Shown piece by piece: positions 1 through 9,568 of a DNA stretch of 40,000 bases (position 1 is the stretch's first letter; every line of letters starts with the position of its first letter). Origin of the DNA: Desulfatiglandales bacterium (lineage in GTDB: Bacteria > Desulfobacterota > DSM-4660 > Desulfatiglandales > HGW-15); NCBI GenBank assembly GCA_963665715.2, contig CAXXPR010000002.1, positions 1,670,516 through 1,710,515 of the forward strand, in the 5' to 3' direction. Both the position numbers and the translations under genes were made by a program. The notes under the pieces were generated by a model that saw only the letters and a list, made by a program, of their open reading frames with translations, was not told where the DNA came from and searched no databases.

Positions 1-2
1 GG

Positions 3-335
3 ATTCGCCGGCTAAGTCAATTGGGTTATGCTGTAAAAGGCTTCACTAATCCGCTTGAAGCGCTTGAAATATTTAGAACCAATCCCTATGACGTCGACTT
101 GGTTATTACAGATATGTCCATGCCTGAAATGACCGGAGACCAGTTAGTCCGGGAAGTCCTTAAAATAAGACCCGGGATCCCCACCATAGTGTGTACAGGC
201 TACAGCGAAAATATTTTACATAAAGAAGCCGGTGAATCCGGAATTTCTTTTTTTGCCATGAAACCTATGGATAAATATGATTTTGCTGTCTGTGTGAGGA
301 ATGTATTGGATGAAGCGGAAGATAAAGCCATATAA
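3..335 (+). CDS. Response-regulator receiver (REC) domain, 5'-truncated by the window edge
   Basis: The frame is open from base 3. CheY-like motifs: DLVITDMSMPEMTG (phospho-acceptor Asp), VCTGY (conserved Thr), AMKP (conserved Lys). The ORF track starts at an internal Met at 21. Confidence 0.7.
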   Translation: MRRLSQLGYAVKGFTNPLEALEIFRTNPYDVDLVITDMSMPEMTGDQLVREVLKIRPGIPTIVCTGYSENILHKEAGESGISFFAMKPMDKYDFAVCVRNVLDEAEDKAI

Positions 336-437
336 AAAGAGAAATCAGCTTATGGTACTGACAAATGAAAAATACAATGGCATAGGCTAATCCCGATGCT
401 ATCCGCTCCATCAAAAATATGTGTTTTAAAAATTAAA

Positions 438-812
438 TTATAAAAAGATTCCTGCCCATAAAAGTATAGAAACAAAAAAAAGCAGCCCTGACGGATGTCT
501 GCCTTTAGAACGGATAATGCCTGAAAACCCAATAACTGCCATTGGTATAGCTATTGCGTTTACACTTAAAAGAGAAGGGTTCTCAACTCTTGCCAGATCG
601 ATTATTATTACTCCTATGGTCCACCATGCAAGAGTAGTGAGATGCCAGGCACGTCTAAGTTTTTTGCCCCAGTTTATCCTTTTGTCTTTATAAATTGAAT
701 CTAATAGATAACTGTTTACCAGCGGCCCTATAGTTCTTTTTTCTCCAAGTATTGAATGGAACAGGCTGACTATGAACAAAAGAATTGCTGATATAATAAA
801 ATAGATATTCAT
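438..812 (-). CDS. Small integral membrane protein, unknown function
   Basis: 124-aa ORF with about four hydrophobic segments (IISAILLFIVSLF, LTTLAWWTIGVIIIDL, AIAIPMAVIGFSGII, LLFFVSILLWAGIF). No family recognised. Confidence 0.45.
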   Translation of the reverse strand: MNIYFIISAILLFIVSLFHSILGEKRTIGPLVNSYLLDSIYKDKRINWGKKLRRAWHLTTLAWWTIGVIIIDLARVENPSLLSVNAIAIPMAVIGFSGIIRSKGRHPSGLLFFVSILLWAGIFL

Positions 813-1180
813 GCCTCACCTCCTGAAATCAAGTTGTTACATTGATAAAAATAAAATGCTGACCTGTTTTTCGCTTTAACCGTGCTGAAAAAATTGAATG
901 ATAAAAAACCTTAAGTTGAGCTTCCTATCTGTCGATAAATATACATTGTCCCGCACAGGCGGGTCATTAAAAAAATATAAAGGATAAAAAGTAAATTGTT
1001 TATTATGTTTTTTGTTGCCGGTTTTACCAAAACGGCAAATGTCTTAAATGTTTTACCGCTATGTATTGCACCATGAAATCATCTTCCGGAATTACCTCAC
1101 AGGGTGACTGCCCTGATTGCCTTAAAAACGATTTGCCGATAACTTTTCTTTCTCGACTTTTCCTGCCTCCAAAGTTTGTT

Positions 1181-2590
1181 ATGGCCTCAACAGCTGTTGA
1201 ACACATCGCCGGCATGGCTATGTCCTTTTCCTTCACAAACAGTGAAATAACAGGCATAAAAATAGCAGCAGAAGAAGCTTTCTTAATTGCCGTTGCCCAG
1301 AATCAGGAAAACGACGAACCAATATGCATCGAAATTTCACTTAAAGCCGATTCGCTCTGCATCTCTTTCTGGGATAAAGGGATTCCCTTTGACCAGAAAC
1401 AGGTTAAGCGTTTTACCGAAAGCGATAGCAATAATCAAAACCCCCTCGCCATGAACCGTTTTATGGACAAAGCTGAGCTGATTCAGCATGGCAAGAACGG
1501 CCGTGAAATGCGGCTTTATAAAAATATACAGGCCGATAACATCCCTGTATCGCTGATAACATCAAATCATAACGCTAAAAAGCATATTCTGCGTAAAACA
1601 GTCAAAAATCCTTTAATAAAGTTTACACGCCGTTCCGAGGACATAAGTGAAATATGCAGACTGGCATGGCGGTGTTACGGATTCAGTCATGAAGAACTGC
1701 TTTATGATCCTGATATCCTGTCCCGTGAGATTGACAGTGGAGCTCTCAAATCGGTTATTGCTATCGATCCGCTGGAAGGCAGTATTATCGGTCATATTGC
1801 CCTCAAGTATCACCTGCCGGAAAAGTTTGTTCCGGAGCTCAGCCTGGCTTTTGTTGATCCCGATGTCCGCTGCCCTGGGCTTCCGATGAAAATGGCCCGG
1901 ATACTGCTTGAATCGGCAGGAGAGGGGGGAGCCAAAGGCATGTTTGACTGTTCCGTCACCTCTCATCTTTTTTCCCAGAAAGGAATACATGAGCTGGGTT
2001 CAAGACCATGCTGCATCATGCTGGGTATTGCAGCTTTTGACATGCAGGCCAAAAAGCTGAAAACAACACACCAGAGAAAAGGATCAACTGTTAATCATTT
2101 CTATGCATTGGACCGTTCATCAAAAAAAATATTCATTCCTTCACGCCACATGTCTATGGTGCAGAAGATTTACGGCTGGCTGCAGTTACCCCGGGAATAC
2201 GGCAAACCTTTGGAAGCAATTCCTGAGGCAAAGTCCCTCGTAGAAATCATTGACCTTCCGGCATCCCTTAATGCGTCATTTATAGTTGTTCAGAAAATAG
2301 GTAATGACACTGCTCAGCAAATCGCCGATGCATTCGGGCAATGTTTACGTGCTGCAAAAGATGCTGTCTACATTTTTATTTCAACAGAAAACCCGGCATC
2401 CCCGCAGATCGTAGAATACTGTGAGCATCTGGGCTTTTTCTTTTCCGGTATTATGCCCCTTATACATAATGGAGAAGACAGAATAATGCTGCAGTACTTA
2501 AATATCCCGCTCGACATAACATCCATCAAACTATATGGAGAAATGTCTAAAGAGCTTTTTAACTACATTATTGAGCAGCAGGCGCTCTAA
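1181..2590 (+). CDS. Fusion protein: RsbW/SpoIIAB-like HATPase (anti-sigma kinase-like) N-terminus plus GNAT-like acetyltransferase region
   Basis: N-terminus IKIAAEEAFLIAVAQN...ICIEISLKADSLCISFWDKGIPFD resembles anti-sigma regulatory kinases. The middle region (GHIALKY...LSLAFVDPDVRCPGLPMKMARILLE) resembles a GNAT core. The start is uncertain: track gives 1061, and ATGs at 1181 or 1214 are more plausible. Confidence 0.5.
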   Translation: MASTAVEHIAGMAMSFSFTNSEITGIKIAAEEAFLIAVAQNQENDEPICIEISLKADSLCISFWDKGIPFDQKQVKRFTESDSNNQNPLAMNRFMDKAELIQHGKNGREMRLYKNIQADNIPVSLITSNHNAKKHILRKTVKNPLIKFTRRSEDISEICRLAWRCYGFSHEELLYDPDILSREIDSGALKSVIAIDPLEGSIIGHIALKYHLPEKFVPELSLAFVDPDVRCPGLPMKMARILLESAGEGGAKGMFDCSVTSHLFSQKGIHELGSRPCCIMLGIAAFDMQAKKLKTTHQRKGSTVNHFYALDRSSKKIFIPSRHMSMVQKIYGWLQLPREYGKPLEAIPEAKSLVEIIDLPASLNASFIVVQKIGNDTAQQIADAFGQCLRAAKDAVYIFISTENPASPQIVEYCEHLGFFFSGIMPLIHNGEDRIMLQYLNIPLDITSIKLYGEMSKELFNYIIEQQAL

Positions 2591-2715
2591 ATTGTATACT
2601 GCAGCTTTTCCGGCAGTAATGCTCCCGGCCTTTTTTATTAAAATGCAGCAGAAATATGATATAGCGCAGGTAAAAAAAAAGAATGTTTTATCTCTTAACC
2701 TGCGCCCGCTTAAAA

Positions 2716-3867
2716 TCAGATTTTATGTATCAGACCAGGACGGTCCGGATATTTACCCGCAATTTCTTTCACAGCTGGCTCATCAAGACATGTCAGGTAT
2801 CCCTTGTCATATACAAGAGTATCACCTACCTTAAGGGTTGCCGAGCGGATATCTCCGGTAATATGCATCCAGTATGGATATTTTTCACTGGATTTCGGCG
2901 AGCCTATATGCACATGAATATTTGAACTGTGTGAATGTTCTATGATGCGTCTGTGCAGAATATTGGGGCACTGGTGCTCCATGATAGACGCCTGTGGATG
3001 TACGCCAAAATGAAAGATATCAAATGCATACACATCATCGCCCACCTTTTCTTCCATAGATTTGAGGTATCTTTTAAGGGCGTCGGCTTCCAGTCCTCCC
3101 CTGATATCCGTGATACGGCAGTCCTTTATTGTAAGCCTTACCGGGTCAGTAAAATAGGGTGATATACCGATATAGCGGGACCACCAGCTCAACATGCAGT
3201 CAAAGACAAATTCTCCGCTTGTATCTTTTATATTAATAGGCGGATGCACCCATTCGGGCCAGGGCAGGTAGGGGGCCGCTTTATGGCGCCTCATAGAATA
3301 AGGTCCTCCGGGTATCCCGTCCCTTCTCTGATGTTCAACTATCACACCTTCCAGACAGGTTCCGTTCTCATCGGTCATTTTAAAGTTCTTGCTCCCTGTA
3401 AATACTTTAGAGCTCTGGTATCGTATTTCACTCACAAGTTCATATGGAGTCAGTGCCCAGTCAGAACACAGCAGCGCGCTTGTGGTGGCCATATTGCGGA
3501 CCATCCATATATTTTTATCCAGAACAAAATCTCTAAACTCAGCTATCTCTTCAAATACGAGATCAAAGGAGTGGTTTATCATTACATCGCAGCCGGACAT
3601 GGCGGCCTTCACCACCGGAGGAAACCTCCATTCATGCTGTTTAACAGGTTCGTCAATCCACAGGACAGATGCGTTGGCGCCTCTGGTCCTCACTTCCGAT
3701 GCTATCCATGATACAGCTGTTTCATCCACCATATTGTCGCTGCCGTAAAGGCCGTCAATATGGGCAACCAGAAGCACCTCCTGGCCCGGCTGAATTTTTG
3801 CGCAGTTATCAAGCATGTCACCAATAGAAGTGACTGCCGCCCTTGGTATACCGGCTTGGTAAGACAT
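2716..3867 (-). CDS. NicX / aminopeptidase-T (M29)-like fold protein; function uncertain
   Basis: 383-aa uninterrupted ORF. The C-terminal half (FHFGVHPQA...HVHIGSP...MHITGDIRSATLKVGDTLVYDKG) recalls 2,5-dihydroxypyridine dioxygenase/M29-family architecture. Assignment is from memory only. Confidence 0.4.
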   Translation of the reverse strand: MSYQAGIPRAAVTSIGDMLDNCAKIQPGQEVLLVAHIDGLYGSDNMVDETAVSWIASEVRTRGANASVLWIDEPVKQHEWRFPPVVKAAMSGCDVMINHSFDLVFEEIAEFRDFVLDKNIWMVRNMATTSALLCSDWALTPYELVSEIRYQSSKVFTGSKNFKMTDENGTCLEGVIVEHQRRDGIPGGPYSMRRHKAAPYLPWPEWVHPPINIKDTSGEFVFDCMLSWWSRYIGISPYFTDPVRLTIKDCRITDIRGGLEADALKRYLKSMEEKVGDDVYAFDIFHFGVHPQASIMEHQCPNILHRRIIEHSHSSNIHVHIGSPKSSEKYPYWMHITGDIRSATLKVGDTLVYDKGYLTCLDEPAVKEIAGKYPDRPGLIHKI

Positions 3868-4237
3868 AATATCCTCCTCTTTAAATTAAGATTTTACCAA
3901 TTGATAGGAACAGGCGGCTGTAAAGTCAAATTAAATTTAAATTTTTTTATGAAAACAAAACGCAGGGCATCAGAGCATATATTTCAAATCCGTCTGTAAT
4001 CCATGCTGATCTGTGCACGTCCTATGGAAAAACCGATGATTTTGAGACTTTCTGCTGAAAACAAAAAGAGTTTTCATGTAAAATCAAATATTCTATAACT
4101 ATGTTTAATTGTTGCCGGTGGCACTTTCTCTCATTAAAATGGATTAAAGTGCCCCTCTGCTCCGTATCAGCTTTTGATAAATGTTTATCCAGAGGCCGGG
4201 AGTTTTTCTGCTGTAGTGAATTAAAAGGGAGTATACA

Positions 4238-5608
4238 ATGAAAAGAATTAATATCCTTGTAACACTTTTACTGATTTTTATTTTTACAGTATGTTCTGCA
4301 CCTCATTCAAAAGCGGAGATAAAAAGCACTTTTGTCTCTCTCGGCAACGGCGTGCATGGTGTGCTGTATGAACCGGCCGCACCCGGTGAGAAGAGCAGGA
4401 CAGGTATTCTCTCCATGCATCCCATTGTCGACAACCTGACCCAGCCTGCAGGTATAGAACTGGCAAAAAAAGGGTACAGTGTATTGTGCGCCAACCCGGC
4501 TGCAATTGGAACCGGCACCCTCTTTGAACAGGATGCCGACAAGTTAATGCTGGATATCAAGCTGGGAGTTCAGTATCTTCGGAAACAACCTGATATCAAA
4601 AGAGTAATTATTATGGCTCACAGCATGGCCGGAGGAATGGCAACAGCATATCAGAACATTTCTGAAAACGGTCTCAGCGCCTGCCAGGGTCCTGAAAAAA
4701 TTGCAAAGTGTTCTGATGAACTGGCAGGTCTGCCGCCTGCCGACGGTCTTGTTTTACTGGATGTAACTCTCGGTACGCCGGTCTTCACTCTTCTGAGCAT
4801 GGATCCTTCAGTTGTCAGTGAAGATAATGCACAGGCGCTTAACCCGTATCTGGATAATTTTAACCCTGAAAACGGATTCAATCCTGAAGGTTCTGCATAC
4901 AGCGATGAATTTATGAAACGATTTTGGGGAAAGGTTAGAGAAAGAAGTAACAGGCTCATAGAAAAAGCGCAGTATCGCCTTGAAAGAATTAATGCAGGTA
5001 AAGGAGAATTTAAGGACGATGAACTGTTTATTGTTCCGGGGGCACACCTTGCGCCTTTTAACAACCGTCTTTTTCCACAGGATACAAGACTGCTTTCACG
5101 CACCCGAAAAGCATACCCGCTCCTCTGTTCAGACGGATCGGCAGATACAAAAATAATTCACTCTGTCCGGGTTCCGGAAGGCACACTGAATACGACACCA
5201 ATGCTCGGAGCAAAGGGGATGACCTTAACCGGGACCCTGACAACTACGGTTCGCAAATTTCTCAGCACTTTTGCAGTGGGGACAACTAGCGACTTCGGTT
5301 TTGATGAAACATCCATATACGGCATTGATTATAATTCAACATATTCCAGTACTCCAGGAAGCGTGGAGGGCGTTACTGTTCCCATGGTCCAGCTGGGAAT
5401 GACCGGTCACTATGAGGCATTTTTACAGGAGACTATTTTTGAACATGCTGCAAGCAAAGATAAAACTCTGGTCTTTGTAGAAGGTGCACTCCATGATTTT
5501 ACGCCATGTGAAAAATGCGCTGAAAAGCCGGGGCAATTCGGAGATACTTTTATGAGAACCGTCGATTTTATAGACAGCTGGCTGAGCCTGCCGGGACGGT
5601 TTCAGTAA
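4238..5608 (+). CDS. Secreted alpha/beta-hydrolase-fold protein
   Basis: SD GGGAG lies upstream. N-terminal signal peptide MKRINILVTLLLIFIFTVCSAPHSKA. Nucleophile-elbow-like IIMAHSMAGG. C-terminal EGALHDF may be the His of the triad. Confidence 0.6.
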   Translation: MKRINILVTLLLIFIFTVCSAPHSKAEIKSTFVSLGNGVHGVLYEPAAPGEKSRTGILSMHPIVDNLTQPAGIELAKKGYSVLCANPAAIGTGTLFEQDADKLMLDIKLGVQYLRKQPDIKRVIIMAHSMAGGMATAYQNISENGLSACQGPEKIAKCSDELAGLPPADGLVLLDVTLGTPVFTLLSMDPSVVSEDNAQALNPYLDNFNPENGFNPEGSAYSDEFMKRFWGKVRERSNRLIEKAQYRLERINAGKGEFKDDELFIVPGAHLAPFNNRLFPQDTRLLSRTRKAYPLLCSDGSADTKIIHSVRVPEGTLNTTPMLGAKGMTLTGTLTTTVRKFLSTFAVGTTSDFGFDETSIYGIDYNSTYSSTPGSVEGVTVPMVQLGMTGHYEAFLQETIFEHAASKDKTLVFVEGALHDFTPCEKCAEKPGQFGDTFMRTVDFIDSWLSLPGRFQ

Positions 5609-5625
5609 AACAGTGAGAAATAAAG

Positions 5626-5889
5626 GCAGAATCCATGTGTCAGTGAACTCCTTAAAAGGGGAGTTCGAAAAGAAGATGCTTTAAAGACCGGGTGTGCTCG
5701 AAAGGGACCATAGAGAATGAGCCGAGTCTTATGGGTTCAAATGGCCCTTCCTGATAAATACTTCTCATCACTTGGGCTTGTGTTCCCCTGGAACTGATTA
5801 CTGCCTTGGATCAGACGATCCGCGCATTACGGACCCGTATGATGCGTGTTGTGGGAGGGGGTAGCTGTGAGGCTACTCCCTATCCCGAT
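5626..5889 (+). mobile_element. 5'-truncated, degenerate remnant of the group II intron (3' end of IEP ORF, domains V-VI, 3' splice end)
   Basis: Aligns by eye to 8223-8485 of the full copy with scattered substitutions and a small indel. It ends with the same ...ggctactccctatcccgat, followed by agcgg (the AGC half of a GTT|AGC core). It begins 18 nt after the hydrolase stop codon. Confidence 0.85.
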
Positions 5890-5931
5890 AGCGGTTTTTT
5901 TGTTACCGGTCAGTAATAAAACTTACCCTGT

Positions 5932-6285
5932 TTACTCTAATTTATTGTGTTTAATTTTTATTTTGTCTTGTTGTTTTTGCATTTCCGCCATCATACTTTG
6001 TAGTTTAGGACGGATTTGTGTCTGATAGTAATTCATAGCTTCGTCTTCTGTTTGAAAAACTTCAGTTGCATGCCATTCCTTGGGTATGCCAATACAATCA
6101 ATATTGTCCCAAGTATGAACTATGGCAATATATCCATTGACTGTCTCATCAAAACGAACACCGCCTTTCATCCGAATAGAAGGAGATAGCCCATTAAATT
6201 GAGATTGATTTGATTTCTCACAGCACTTTTTATATTTTTTGCCACTACCACAAGGGCAGGGATCATTCCGGCCTATTTTTGTCAT
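5932..6285 (-). CDS. Cassette ORF: SEC-C metal-binding motif protein
   Basis: The N-terminal [15 protein letters not shown] is the classic SEC-C Zn-binding motif. A GTTAGC core lies 29 nt upstream of the start (minus orientation). Confidence 0.7.
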   Translation of the reverse strand: MTKIGRNDPCPCGSGKKYKKCCEKSNQSQFNGLSPSIRMKGGVRFDETVNGYIAIVHTWDNIDCIGIPKEWHATEVFQTEDEAMNYYQTQIRPKLQSMMAEMQKQQDKIKIKHNKLE

Positions 6286-6313
6286 TACTTAATTTATACC
6301 TTTTTGTTCATTC

Positions 6314-6376
6314 AGCTAACGCGCTGCATAAGCGGATTGGCAAGCTTTTCGCCAATTCCGACTTGATGCAAATGTT
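6314..6376 (-). other. attC (short class), interrupted by intron copy 1; the remainder resumes at 8486
   Basis: agctaacgcgctgcataagcggattggcaagcttttcgccaattccgacttgatgcaaatgtt is nearly collinear with the intact attC at 23099-23165. Joining 6376 to 8486 restores gtt|agca. Confidence 0.75.
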
Positions 6377-8485
6377 GTGTGCCGGGCTGGTCCGGCTGCT
6401 AATTGGTGATGCGGAGATATTTATGACACAAATACTCTGCAAAGTCCATATCCAGGCTGACGGAGCCGAAGGATAGTCGGAGGCAAGGGTGTTCCAGTAA
6501 TGTGCGCCTGAAGGAAGCCTAAGACAAAAGCGTGGGTTGACGTACAGGTATGCCCCGTACCTATGAGGTAGAGGGCAGGCAGATTTGAGGCCGGGTGAAG
6601 CCGGGACGAGTCCGCAACACAGGACAAAGTCCTATATCCGTTACATGGCTGAGCCAGGTATATCTGACAATCGTGCGCTGAAAGTAGCCGAGGCTTACCC
6701 CGGGAGGTCCGCTGTGTCTCAAAGGGTCTATCGCTGTAAGCTACCGGAATATTGGGGAAACCGGTAAAAAAAAAATCCCGGCATCAAATGACCGGGCGTC
6801 CCGGTCAATGATGAGCCTGTTCTTAAGAGCGGGGCAAACAAACAGAGGGCGCAGGCGGTAGAAACCGGCGAGTGATCAAACCGCAAGGGGAGATTATCGC
6901 ACAGCGGAAGTCAGCAGAGGGCATAATAGTTCCCGAGTACAGTCGGTACTAAGGAATAAGGCCCGAACGGTGCCACCTATCGAATGGTAGGGGTAAATGA
7001 GAGCGGTTATTAGGAGACGAGTCTAATGAAATCATTGCGGCAGTGGAAACAACTTGAGTTGTACTCTATAGATCCCGAGCCCAGGGCTAAGACGGATACG
7101 AGTTCCGAAGATTTTATTGCGTCACGTTTATCTGAAAGCCCGACAGGTCAGATCCGGCTCATGGAGTCAATCTGTGAGCGGAACAACATGAGACGCGCTA
7201 TCAAGCGGGTTATTAAGAACAAGGGAGCCCCCGGTGTGGATGGTATGACTGTCCGAAAGATAGAGAAGTATTACAATAGGCACCGGGATAAAATTGAAAA
7301 GGCATTACTTGAGGGAACCTACATGCCGACCCCGGTACTGCAGAAGGAGATACCCAAACCAAATGGCGGTGTCCGCCTTCTGGGAATACCAATAGTGCTG
7401 GACAGAGTAATACAACAGGCTGTAGCCCAGATTCTGACAAGTGTCTGGGATCATACCTTTTCAGAGAACAGCTTTGGCTTCCGGCCTAAACGGTCCCAGC
7501 ATGGCGCTATGCGCAGGTACAGGGAGTTCGTGAAGGCTGGAGGAAAATATGTGATAGACATTGATCTATCCAAATTCTTCGACCGGGTAAACCATGATCG
7601 TTTATTAGCAAGGTTATCCACCCGGATAAAGGATAAGAGGGTACTAAAGCTGATTCGCAGGTTTCTTACATCCGGAGTAATGATAGATGGAATGGAAGAA
7701 CCAACAGAAGAGGGAACACCTCAGGGAGGGCCGTTATCTCCTTTACTGAGTAATATCGTTCTTGATGAACTGGATAAAGAGCTTGAAAAGCGTAGTCTTC
7801 GCTTTGTCCGATATGCTGATGACTGTGTCATATTTGTCAAAAGCAGAAAGGCGGCGAATCGAGTAATGAGCAGTATAAGCCTGTTTATAGAAAATAAACT
7901 CAGGCTTAAGGTGAACAGGGAAAAGAGCAGCATTACACTTCCATGGAAAAGTAAATATTTGGGGTTTTGTGTGACCAACTCGAAAGAGAATCCTAAAATC
8001 CGAATTCACTGGAAGTCTATTAAGCGGTTTAAAGAAAGGGTAAGAGAAATAACCTCCAGACGCCGTGGTAGAAGTATTAAACAGGTGATCTGGGAGTTAA
8101 AAGTCTATATGAACGGCTGGTGGAATTATTATGGTTTAACCGAATCCTACAACCGTTTGAAACCCCTTGACCACTGGATAAGACGACGCCTGAGGGCTAT
8201 TATCTGGAAACACTGGAAGAACCGCAGAACCCGTGTCAGTGAACTCCTTAAAAGAGGAGTTCGCAAAGAAGAAGCTGTTACTACCGGGTGTGCTCGAAAG
8301 GGGCCATGGAGAATGAGCCGAGTCTTATGGGTTCAAATGGCCCTTCCTGATAAATACTTCTCATCACTTGGGCTTGTGTTCCCATGGAACTGAATACTGC
8401 CTTGGATCAGCCGAACCGCGCATTACGGACCCGTATGATGCGTGGTGTGGGAGGGGGTAGCTGTGAGGCTACTCCCTATCCCGAT
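6377..8485 (+). mobile_element. Group II intron, class C (IIC-attC type), full-length copy 1
   Basis: 5' GTGTG. About 650 nt of structured, ORF-poor RNA, then an RT/maturase ORF. Domain V-like hairpin at about 8415-8446 with a CGC triad and a 2-nt 3' bulge. Domain VI-like stem with a bulged A 8 nt from the end; 3' end ...cccgat. Inserted directly after an attC hairpin. Confidence 0.9.
7026..8393 (+). CDS. Group II intron-encoded reverse transcriptase/maturase (no endonuclease domain)
   Basis: RT motifs: GVDGMT, RLLGIPIVLDRVIQQA, FGFRP, DIDLSKFFDRVNHD, TPQGGPLSPLLSNI, YADD in RYADDCVIFV. Maturase X-like C-terminus (GWWNYYG). At 455 aa it ends without a D/En domain, as expected for class C. 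Confidence 0.95.
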   Translation: MKSLRQWKQLELYSIDPEPRAKTDTSSEDFIASRLSESPTGQIRLMESICERNNMRRAIKRVIKNKGAPGVDGMTVRKIEKYYNRHRDKIEKALLEGTYMPTPVLQKEIPKPNGGVRLLGIPIVLDRVIQQAVAQILTSVWDHTFSENSFGFRPKRSQHGAMRRYREFVKAGGKYVIDIDLSKFFDRVNHDRLLARLSTRIKDKRVLKLIRRFLTSGVMIDGMEEPTEEGTPQGGPLSPLLSNIVLDELDKELEKRSLRFVRYADDCVIFVKSRKAANRVMSSISLFIENKLRLKVNREKSSITLPWKSKYLGFCVTNSKENPKIRIHWKSIKRFKERVREITSRRRGRSIKQVIWELKVYMNGWWNYYGLTESYNRLKPLDHWIRRRLRAIIWKHWKNRRTRVSELLKRGVRKEEAVTTGCARKGPWRMSRVLWVQMALPDKYFSSLGLVFPWN

Positions 8486-8703
8486 AGCAAAATAGGTTAT
8501 TTATGACACTTAAACTTAAATTAAAAATAAAAAAACAAGAGCATAATAAGTACGATGGTTCATTATCTTTTTATCATAGTAATGGAGCTGGTTGTTCTGT
8601 CATTACTATAATGGAAAACAGCCCTCATGATACTATTAATACGCTTATTGATGGACTCATGAATGTCACCCCTAATTTTATGCAAAGAGAAATTGATGAA
8701 TAT

Positions 8704-8967
8704 TTAAAGGATGCGCGTAAACCGTATCAATGGCATATTTTTTTTAGATGGTGGAGTTATTTCAGGCGCAGGTTTAGCGCTCCATCCTAACTCTTTTGCC
8801 CAAGGCTGTAGAGTTTCGGAATCAATGCGTTGAATATCAAATGTGCATTCATGATCGTCTCCAGGGAAAGCTTGCGCTACTTTACGATAAGGAATAACGA
8901 TATCATTTTCCTTGCATTCAATAAGGTTTTTCTCTAAGGCTTTACGATGTGTTATTGTTTCATCCAT
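8704..8967 (-). CDS. Cassette ORF, hypothetical (87 aa)
   Basis: Preceded, in minus orientation, by GTTAGCAAATAAGAGGAGATAACCATCATG (core plus strong SD). The 3' part overlaps a plus-strand ORF and its true end is uncertain. Confidence 0.45.
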   Translation of the reverse strand: MDETITHRKALEKNLIECKENDIVIPYRKVAQAFPGDDHECTFDIQRIDSETLQPWAKELGWSAKPAPEITPPSKKNMPLIRFTRIL

Positions 8968-8987
8968 GATGGTTATCTCCTCTTATT

Positions 8988-9118
8988 TGCTAACGTTTAA
9001 GTTAAGGAGCCCGGCGGTTTAATGGTGATTAGCCTCATGCTCCTAAGATGCTTGTTAATGTTGACTGTGCTCCGCCCGGCAAGATAGTAGCTGGGTCCCC
9101 TTGAACTTTTTGTTATAA
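8988..9118 (-). other. attC (long class)
   Basis: Bounded by tgctaac and gttataa. The arms aagttaaggagcccggcgg and ccgcccggcaagatagtagctgggtccccttgaactt are largely complementary. Paralogous to 13072-13200. Confidence 0.7.
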
Positions 9119-9122
9119 AAAA

Positions 9123-9467
9123 TTACTCCTCGGTTTTAATTGATAGTATATTTTTAATTTCTTTTAATGTCTTTTTGTCTGTACGAAAATTGATTTTAAA
9201 AATAACGTCCTTTTCAAGGATTAATACTAAATTGTTTTCTGTGAGATCATATTCTCTTATACCTACTCCGCCATCGTATTCTTTTCCATCATACCATTCA
9301 ACTGTTGGTCTGAAAGGCGGAATCTCGTATTGAGCGCTGATCATAAGGTATATTGATTGGTCCTCATTAGGATTAGGATATACTTCGGAATCAAAATCTA
9401 TCTGAACATACTCTCCATCACCTGCTTCAGTATATTCCACTTTCTTTGCTTCAAATTTTATTTCCAT
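9123..9467 (-). CDS. Cassette ORF, hypothetical acidic protein (114 aa)
   Basis: Fills the cassette exactly, with its stop 5 nt before the TTATAAC core and its start 15 nt after a GTTATAA core. No family recognised. Confidence 0.6.
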   Translation of the reverse strand: MEIKFEAKKVEYTEAGDGEYVQIDFDSEVYPNPNEDQSIYLMISAQYEIPPFRPTVEWYDGKEYDGGVGIREYDLTENNLVLILEKDVIFKINFRTDKKTLKEIKNILSIKTEE

Positions 9468-9481
9468 TAATTACCTGGTTT

Positions 9482-9568
9482 TTATAACGGCCAAGCTCAC
9501 CAGCCCCGCCATGATATTTTATATCAAGCAAGGAACCCACCGGGGTCTGGTGTAGCTGTTTGTTAGCG
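9482..9568 (-). other. attC (87 bp)
   Basis: Bounded by ttataac and gttagcg, with internal complementary arms caccagccccg / cggggtctggtg. The stop codon of the upstream cassette ORF lies inside the GCTAAC core. Confidence 0.65.

Noticed and set aside
1012-1040. Hairpin ttgccggtttt-acc-aaaacggcaa as a terminator
   Set aside because: No U-tract follows on either strand, and it lies upstream of, not downstream of, both neighbouring genes.
3244-3748. Plus-strand ORFs 3244-3711 and 3389-3748 (also 2535-2925 and 2935-3162)
   Set aside because: They are antisense to, or overlap, the 383-aa NicX/M29-like CDS. They have odd composition and no ribosome-binding sites.
6421-6767. ORFs 6421-6627(-) and 6585-6767(+), and their twins at 17652-17998
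   Set aside because: They lie in the 5' 650 nt of the group II intron (domains I-III structured RNA). They have no SD and overlap each other on opposite strands, so they are most likely not coding.
7213-8009. Minus-strand ORFs antisense to the intron RT gene (7213-7440, 7721-7978, 7743-8009, and twins at 18445-19241)
   Set aside because: They lie entirely within, and antisense to, a strongly supported RT/maturase CDS. Their composition is low-complexity, typical of shadow ORFs.
8503-8790. Plus-strand 95-aa ORF inside cassette 13 as a confident gene
   Set aside because: It has a low-complexity Lys-rich start, no SD, and overlaps the better-supported minus-strand ORF. It is kept only as part of a low-interest finding.
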